Origin: Erysipelotrichaceae bacterium
Lineage (GTDB): Bacteria; Bacillota_I; Bacilli_A; Erysipelotrichales; Erysipelotrichaceae
Reading direction: 5' to 3'
Length of the DNA: 60,600 bases
NCBI GenBank assembly: GCA_049662565.1
Contig: JBATBW010000081.1
Coordinates: 1 to 60,600 of the forward strand
Positions 54,904 through 60,600 of the stretch are shown piece by piece. The position numbers and the translations under genes were made by a program. Position 1 is the first letter of the stretch. The number at the start of each line of letters is the position of its first letter. The notes beneath the pieces are model-generated. The model did not search any database and was not told where the DNA came from. It saw nothing but the letters and a program-made list of their open reading frames with translations.

Positions 54904-55665
54904 ATGGGAAAAGCGATTATTGCGCTTGCTGGTAAAGGTGGAGTAGGTAAGACTTCAATTTGTGCGACGATTGTAAGACAACTTGTTAAACAGTATCCAG
55001 ATAAAAGAATTTTAGCGATTGATGCTGATCCAGCGGTGGGACTTGCGACTGCTTTGAATGTGAAAGTAGAAAAAACTATTGATGACATTCGCAAGCAAAT
55101 CGTTGAGGCTGGTGAAAAGAATGATGATAAGCGTCAAGTTAAAGAACTATTAGGTGAAGCTCGTTATTTATTGTTCGATGCGATGATAGAAGAAGAGGGT
55201 TTCACTTTTATTGCGGTAGGTCGTCCGGAAGCTAAAGGTTGTTATTGCGGTATTAATTCGTATTTAAAAGAAGTGATTAGCTTGCTTAGTCAAGAATTTG
55301 ATTATGTGGTTATTGATGGCGAAGCAGGTATTGAACAGATTAATCGTCGTGTTATGGAGCAAGTAACACATTTAATTTTAGTTAGTGATCCAAGCAAAAA
55401 AGGAACTACTGTTATTCAAACGATTAAAAGAGTAGCGGATGATTTAGTGATGTATCAAGAAGTTGGAGCTATTATCAATCGTTTTAATGATGAGAGTCTG
55501 AAGGGTTTAATAAACACGGGTGGTATTAATGTTTTAAGTTATATTAGTGATGATGTTAACTTACAAATGTGTGATATCAAAGGAGAAAGTGTTTTAGATT
55601 TAACTGATAATAGTAATATTGTCAAGGGTGTAGAAGAGGCATTGATTAAACTTAACATAATATAG
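54904..55665 (+). CDS. CooC/AcsF-type MinD-fold ATPase with a CxC motif
   Basis: The deviant Walker A 'AGKGGVGKTS', 'AIDADP', 'GRPEAKGCYCGINS' (Cys-x-Cys) and 'VIDGEAGIEQ' are present. I chose the ATG at 54904, which follows a GGGGAGG RBS; the track extension from 54832 covers the promoter. Confidence 0.75.
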   Translation: MGKAIIALAGKGGVGKTSICATIVRQLVKQYPDKRILAIDADPAVGLATALNVKVEKTIDDIRKQIVEAGEKNDDKRQVKELLGEARYLLFDAMIEEEGFTFIAVGRPEAKGCYCGINSYLKEVISLLSQEFDYVVIDGEAGIEQINRRVMEQVTHLILVSDPSKKGTTVIQTIKRVADDLVMYQEVGAIINRFNDESLKGLINTGGINVLSYISDDVNLQMCDIKGESVLDLTDNSNIVKGVEEALIKLNII

Positions 55666-55678
55666 AAAGGGGATTTGT

Positions 55679-56896
55679 GTGAAAGATTTAAAACATATGA
55701 TTTATTTTGAGAGTTTGTTAGAAGATGCGAATAATGATCTTGTGCGTGAAGCGCAAAGTAATGGTCGTTTAGCATTAGGATATACATGCTTTCATATGCC
55801 AGAAGTATTATTGAATGTTGACAATTGTTTTTCGGTTCGCTTAAGAGCGCCAAATACGGGGTCAATGGAAGTCGCAACTTATTACATGTGTAATAGTAGT
55901 TGTGAGTATAGCCGAGCTTTATTAGAAAGAGCGATGGAAGGGAATTATCATTTCCTAGATGCGATGTGTGGTGTCGATTTATGTGAAGCGATGAATCGTT
56001 GTATGGAAAACATGGAGGTTTTACAAATCCAAGATCCAAAGAAAGAAAAGTTCTTTTGGACTAATACCGATGTAGCTTATGACGATGATGAAAAGAGTGT
56101 CAAACATACGGTTGAACAAATTAAGAGAAAAGTTATGGATCAATTAGCGGATCGTTATGGTGTTGATGTTAGTGATAAGGCGATACGTAAAGCGGTTGAC
56201 CAACATAATGAAGTTTGTCGGGTTTTGACAGAAATTGGGGAATTTCGTAAATTGGATAATCCGCCAATTACGGGTCATGAATTTCATATTTTAACTTTGG
56301 TTACTTATTGTTGTCCAAAGGATTTAATTATTGATAAATTAAGAGAAACTTTAGAAGAAATAAAAAATAGAGAAGTAGATAAGAAGAAACAACATCGCAT
56401 TAGAGTAGTAGTAGTGGGTAGTGAAATTGATGACCCAGATTTAATTTCTTTAATTGAAGATAATGGGGCTTTAGTTGTGGCAGATCGTTTTTGTTATGGC
56501 AGTATCCCAGGACGTCAAGAGATTATTTTAAATGATGAAGAAGATGCATTGACACAAGTTTGTCGTCGTTATCTACAAGATACCGAGTGTCCGCGTCATT
56601 GCGCACCTAAACGGGTTAAGTATCGTCATGATCATGTGGATCAATTAGTGAAAGAATATCATGCGGATGGGGTTATTTACCAACAAATGAAGTTTTGTAC
56701 TTATTGGTCATATGAAAGAACTTTAGCTTCGCATATTATGACTGAAGAATATCATATTCCGACTTTATCGATTGATAGACCATATCAAAGTCGAACTAGT
56801 GGTCAATTACGGACAAGGGTGCAAGCTTTTGTGGAAAATGTTGAAATTAAACAAATTAAAGCTAAACGTGAATTAAAGGAAAAGGAGGGGAAATAG
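55679..56896 (+). CDS. 2-hydroxyacyl-CoA dehydratase / benzoyl-CoA reductase family D-component subunit (double-cubane-protein-like), smaller subunit
   Basis: The start is a GTG after a GGGGA RBS. The protein is Cys-rich ('GYTCFHMPE', 'MCGVDLCEAMNRC', 'RFCYGS', 'KFCTYW') and has the family-typical length. Confidence 0.75.
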   Translation: MKDLKHMIYFESLLEDANNDLVREAQSNGRLALGYTCFHMPEVLLNVDNCFSVRLRAPNTGSMEVATYYMCNSSCEYSRALLERAMEGNYHFLDAMCGVDLCEAMNRCMENMEVLQIQDPKKEKFFWTNTDVAYDDDEKSVKHTVEQIKRKVMDQLADRYGVDVSDKAIRKAVDQHNEVCRVLTEIGEFRKLDNPPITGHEFHILTLVTYCCPKDLIIDKLRETLEEIKNREVDKKKQHRIRVVVVGSEIDDPDLISLIEDNGALVVADRFCYGSIPGRQEIILNDEEDALTQVCRRYLQDTECPRHCAPKRVKYRHDHVDQLVKEYHADGVIYQQMKFCTYWSYERTLASHIMTEEYHIPTLSIDRPYQSRTSGQLRTRVQAFVENVEIKQIKAKRELKEKEGK

Positions 56897-58465
56897 ATGA
56901 GTGAATATAAGCCAAAGAATTATAACTTAGGTAGTTTATATGATAATGATCATCGGGCGATGACTCATCGTGAATGGAAGGGTTTTAAAGACACGATGTA
57001 TGATTTTGGTCGTTGGTTAAAATGTTATGGGTTTATTGCTTCTCAATTAGGGGGGCATCCGATTTTAGTTATTCGGGCCTTAAAGCGTTATCGTTGGTTC
57101 TTATCTTATTTGACGGCTGCCAATATGATTGACCGTCATACGATTGGTATGCGTGGTAAGGAGCTTCGCTATATTCATGAAGAATTTTTTGCTTTAGTGC
57201 ATAATGCGACGATTAATTGTCGTAAAATATTGGTTCGTGATGAACATTTACGTCCAAATAGTAAGAAGGCGAAGGCGTTACGTGCTAATACTATCATGTT
57301 TGATGAAATGACTCCTAAGTCAATTATGTATGGTTTTCCGACTTTAGAGTGGTTAGATATTGCGATGGCGACGATTGGTATGCCTGGGGAAATAGATCAA
57401 ATTGCGAATGTATATTATATTGATAAAATTGAAGAATATGGGATGCCAGCGGACGTTTGTCCATTACCGGCTGCGGAGTGTGGTGTTGCGGTAGTTGATG
57501 ATTTTCCAATTGTTGGTTCATCTTTTATTACTAGTACGATGCCTTGTGATGGTAGTATTGGTCAAACAACTTTTATGGCTCGTTATTTGAAGGATTATCC
57601 AATTTTCCAAATAACTCCGCCTCAACGTTTTAATGAGGAAGAAGTACAAGAGTTTGCGGTTAAGAATTTACAAGAATGTATTGAGTTTATTGAAAAGAAT
57701 TATAATGTGAAATGGGATTGGGATGCTTTTTGGGAAAATTCGAAAAAGTATAATGAATCTTGTCAAGCAATTATAGATAAATGGGATATTAATACGACTG
57801 ATTATCCTCAAGTTTGTGGAGCGGCTTTATCTTTACCGCGAGAATTTGAATTCCAAGGTGCAGGTTGTATGGATGATTTCTTATATAAGACTCAACTTCG
57901 GACGACAGAAATGGCGAAAAAAGGCTATGAAGAAGATAAGAAAGCGGGTGTTAAACAATACCGTCATCGGGCGATAGTTTGGGCCTGCCCAGCGCATTAT
58001 TATACTAACTTTACTTATTGGGCGGATTCTACTTGGGGTGTTAAGACGCTAGTGGATATGGAATGTATGCTTTCTTATCATATGTATCATATTGGTGATG
58101 AAAAACAAGCGATGATAGATGTGGCGAAGAGTTATGAAAAGATGATGATGAGGTCACATACTAATGGTGGTTATGTTAACTCTTTGGATGAGTGTTGGAA
58201 GATGTGTAAGAAGTTTAATGTGGATATCGTTATTATGTATGATCATGTTAGTTGTAAGAACGTGGGATGTTTACATGGATTATATGAAGATCAAGCTAGA
58301 GAACATGGTGTTCATTTAATTTGGGTACCACATGATTTAATGGATCCAAGAACGGTTTCTCGTAAAGCGATGCGTGATGCTTTCAATAAATATATGACTA
58401 ACGTGTTCCGTGAGGAACCGATTGATCCTTCGTTTGTGGATTATGATGACCCAATTGCGTGGTAG
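56897..58465 (+). CDS. 2-hydroxyacyl-CoA dehydratase / benzoyl-CoA reductase family D-component subunit, larger subunit
   Basis: The ATG directly abuts the upstream stop. 'ADVCPLPAAECG', 'STMPCDGS', 'WACPAHYY' and 'HVSCKN' are family-like Cys motifs. Confidence 0.75.
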   Translation: MSEYKPKNYNLGSLYDNDHRAMTHREWKGFKDTMYDFGRWLKCYGFIASQLGGHPILVIRALKRYRWFLSYLTAANMIDRHTIGMRGKELRYIHEEFFALVHNATINCRKILVRDEHLRPNSKKAKALRANTIMFDEMTPKSIMYGFPTLEWLDIAMATIGMPGEIDQIANVYYIDKIEEYGMPADVCPLPAAECGVAVVDDFPIVGSSFITSTMPCDGSIGQTTFMARYLKDYPIFQITPPQRFNEEEVQEFAVKNLQECIEFIEKNYNVKWDWDAFWENSKKYNESCQAIIDKWDINTTDYPQVCGAALSLPREFEFQGAGCMDDFLYKTQLRTTEMAKKGYEEDKKAGVKQYRHRAIVWACPAHYYTNFTYWADSTWGVKTLVDMECMLSYHMYHIGDEKQAMIDVAKSYEKMMMRSHTNGGYVNSLDECWKMCKKFNVDIVIMYDHVSCKNVGCLHGLYEDQAREHGVHLIWVPHDLMDPRTVSRKAMRDAFNKYMTNVFREEPIDPSFVDYDDPIAW

Positions 58466-58482
58466 AAAAGGGAGATATAAAA

Positions 58483-59274
58483 ATGAAATATTATGGTGGA
58501 TGTGACGTTGGCTCTACTTATACAAAATGTGTAGTGGTTGACGAAAGTGGTAAAATGGTGGCGAACAGCACTATTCGTAGTAAAATAAATGCGGCGCAAA
58601 GTGCTAGTGATGCTTTAAATCAAACTATTAGTCAAATTGGTTTAAAATCATTGAATGAATTAGCTTATTTAGTTGGAACGGGTTATGGAAGAAATAAGGT
58701 GCCTCAAGCACAAGAAAATATTTCGGAAATTTCTTGTCATGCGATGGGTGTTCATATGACTAATCCTAATGTTAAGGCAATTATTGATATTGGGGGACAA
58801 GATGTTAAGGGTATTGCGATTGATACAGATGGTACAGTTCAAACTTTCGCAATGAATGATAAATGTGCAGCTGGTACTGGTCGTTTCTTTGAAGCGATGG
58901 CTAATGCTTTTGAATGTACTTTAGAAGAATTTTCTAATTTGTCTTTGACAGCGAAAAATGTTATTCCGATTACGGCGCAATGTACTGTTTTTGCGGAATC
59001 AGAAGTAATTACTTTAGTTGGTGAAGGTAAACCTCGTGATGAAATTGCGGCAGGTATTCAACAAGCGGTAGCGAAAAGATGTTTTGTTATGGCGAAAAAA
59101 GCCGGAGCTAAAGATCAAATTACTTTAACTGGTGGTTGTGCTAAGAATACGGGTTTAAAAAGAGCAATTGAAAATGTTTTAAAGATTAAAGTTGTGGAAT
59201 TAAACATTGATCCGCAATTAATGGGTGCTTTAGGGGCGGCTGAATATGCTCGTCAAAAAGGAATGGAGGTATAG
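58483..59274 (+). CDS. HgdC/BcrAD-BadFG-type ATP-dependent activase (archerase)
   Basis: 'YYGGCDVGSTYTKCVV' is an ASKHA phosphate-1 motif. 'DIGGQD', 'DKCAAGTGRFFE' (bridging-cluster Cys) and 'LTGGCAKN' are also present. Confidence 0.88.
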   Translation: MKYYGGCDVGSTYTKCVVVDESGKMVANSTIRSKINAAQSASDALNQTISQIGLKSLNELAYLVGTGYGRNKVPQAQENISEISCHAMGVHMTNPNVKAIIDIGGQDVKGIAIDTDGTVQTFAMNDKCAAGTGRFFEAMANAFECTLEEFSNLSLTAKNVIPITAQCTVFAESEVITLVGEGKPRDEIAAGIQQAVAKRCFVMAKKAGAKDQITLTGGCAKNTGLKRAIENVLKIKVVELNIDPQLMGALGAAEYARQKGMEV

Positions 59275-59277
59275 TAT

Positions 59278-59433
59278 ATGCCTTGGTATTTAATCGTTTT
59301 AATTGTGATTGTTGTTTTGTTTGTTTTATTATTTGTTGTTTATATAACTAATGCGGATTTAAAGTTAGTAGAAAAAACGTATAATTCATTATTGAAATAT
59401 CAAGAAAACAGAAAAGTCGATACTAAAATCTAA
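59278..59433 (+). CDS. 51-aa single-pass membrane peptide (not in the ORF track)
   Basis: I translated it by hand as MPWYLIVLIVIVVLFVLLFVVYITNADLKLVEKTYNSLLKYQENRKVDTKI*. A GGAGG RBS lies 8 nt upstream, and its stop overlaps the next start (TAATG). Confidence 0.6.
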   Translation: MPWYLIVLIVIVVLFVLLFVVYITNADLKLVEKTYNSLLKYQENRKVDTKI

Positions 59434-60134
59434 TGGAATTGTTTGATCATTTTATTAGTGAGATTGGTCAACTTGTAGTTGATAGAAAAATCTATAGTGC
59501 TAGTGTTTCAAATTTTAAAGGACGTAAAGGTGAATTAATTTTAAATAAGGATGCGGCTTTTACTTTAGGTAGTATGGGTAAGCATAGTGCTAACTGTACG
59601 TTATTTACTAATCAAGATATTAAAGATGAAGTAATTGTTTATGGTGAAGATTTAAATGAAATTACTAGTGACAAATCTTTTGTTCGTATTGCCATAATTC
59701 AAACATCAAATATTGAAGAACATGGTGAACAAGCAGCTTATAACATTATGGAAAACATAAGTCTACGGAAGTATGATGTTTTTGTGGATGGTTATATGGT
59801 GCGAACATCAATGGATTTAAAGGAAGATGTTAGAGTTAGTAAAGATGCGATAAAAAAGGGTCTTAAATTTAAAGATGTTGGTAATGAATATATTGAAATA
59901 TATAAACAAAATAAATATGTAAAGGGTTGTACGATTATTTTTATTACTAGTGATGACGCTAATTATCAAAGGTTAGAAGAAATTAGTTATAAGGCGGAAC
60001 AAACTTATAAAGCATTAAATCATTTATTAAAAGATTTAAAGATGGATTGTCATGCCTGTGGTTGGAAGAGTGTTTGCGACGAAGTAGAAGGTATGAAAGA
60101 AATGCATAGTGCATTATTAAAGAAGGAGATATAA
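59433..60134 (+). CDS. protein resembling the central domain of acetyl-CoA synthase (AcsB/CdhC-like fragment) with a C-terminal CxxCx5C
   Basis: 'VRVSKDAIKKGLKFKDVGNEYI', 'CTIIFITSDDANYQRL' and 'KDEVIVYGEDLNEI' parallel the Moorella AcsB central domain as I recall it. The protein ends with 'CHACGWKSVC'. Confidence 0.55.
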   Translation: MELFDHFISEIGQLVVDRKIYSASVSNFKGRKGELILNKDAAFTLGSMGKHSANCTLFTNQDIKDEVIVYGEDLNEITSDKSFVRIAIIQTSNIEEHGEQAAYNIMENISLRKYDVFVDGYMVRTSMDLKEDVRVSKDAIKKGLKFKDVGNEYIEIYKQNKYVKGCTIIFITSDDANYQRLEEISYKAEQTYKALNHLLKDLKMDCHACGWKSVCDEVEGMKEMHSALLKKEI

Positions 60135-60600
60135 TGGCCGAATTTAAAACAGATAAACAAATTCAAGATTTGTGTGATAGTTTTGGTGATTGGTTTAAGG
60201 ATAAAAGAGCGAATTGTGCGCATAATGCAGCCCAAATGACTAACGATTTATATCCTTATACTTCTATTTTTTCACCAATTAGAATTAATCGGATGGTTGT
60301 GAAAAATCGGGTGGTAATGGCACCGATGGGTAATCTTATGATGTGTGAAGAACATGGTCGTCCAAATGAAAAAATGATTCAATACTTCCTCGCAAGAGCT
60401 AAAGGTGGGGTTGGATTAATTACTAGTGGTTTAGTACCAATTAGTGATGGTATTGATAATACGGTTCAAGAACCAAATAAGAAAGTGATGATGCCTAGAA
60501 TCTCACCGGAAAGAACGTTGATGTCGGGGTGGCGTGATTTAGCACAAGGGTGTCATGCTTATGGTAGTCGTTTCTTTATTCAGTTTACACCGGGTTTAGG
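60134..60600 (+). CDS. Old-Yellow-Enzyme family NADH:flavin oxidoreductase / 2-enoate reductase-like protein, 5' part (continues beyond window)
   Basis: I translated it by hand. It reads 'IFSPIRINRMVVKNRVVMAPMGN', 'FLARAKGGVGLITSGL' and 'LAQGCHAYGSRFFIQFTPG'. The ATG overlaps the upstream stop (TAATG), and the frame is open to nt 60600. Confidence 0.8.
   Translation, partial: MAEFKTDKQIQDLCDSFGDWFKDKRANCAHNAAQMTNDLYPYTSIFSPIRINRMVVKNRVVMAPMGNLMMCEEHGRPNEKMIQYFLARAKGGVGLITSGLVPISDGIDNTVQEPNKKVMMPRISPERTLMSGWRDLAQGCHAYGSRFFIQFTPGL

Overview
This is a low-GC (roughly 30-33% by eye) chromosomal segment of a Bacillota-type bacterium. It uses the standard code: TGA is a stop (uvrB and the response regulator both end in TGA), so it is not Mollicutes code 4. 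Almost all genes are on the + strand and tightly packed, with many ATGA/TAATG couplings.

The backbone is housekeeping:
- uvrB-uvrA-hprK-lgt-trxB-rapZ-yvcK-whiA
- htpG with a CIRCE operator
- pgk-tpiA and glyA
- T-box-controlled leuS
- A block syntenic with the Bacillus subtilis 'yt' region (trmB, M42 peptidase, ytpR-like, murC, ytxG/H-like, ccpA-like, tyrS, rpsD)
- An oppABCDF-type peptide transporter
- A 9-gene tRNA cluster

I saw no rRNA, CRISPR array, transposase, integrase or prophage genes.

Accessory or unusual modules:
1. 1.8-3.9 kb: a self-contained two-gene AAA_21 ATPase + RloB (AbiL-like, split-OLD-type) cassette just upstream of uvrBA.
2. 18-21.5 kb: an MBOAT + DHHW envelope O-acyltransferase pair translationally coupled to a WYL regulator.
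3. 29-32.4 kb: a LytTR/AgrC-like two-component system. The kinase 5' end looks frameshifted at a poly-T tract, and two diverged tandem paralogous membrane-anchored proteins follow.
4. 54.8 kb to the window end, and the most interesting: a tightly coupled operon. It joins a 2-hydroxyacyl-CoA-dehydratase/benzoyl-CoA-reductase-family enzyme and its ATP-dependent activase to a CooC-type CxC ATPase, a fragment-like homologue of the acetyl-CoA synthase central domain, an unannotated 51-aa membrane peptide and an Old-Yellow-Enzyme flavoprotein.

All functional calls come from motif recognition by eye and recalled family knowledge. No searches were run.
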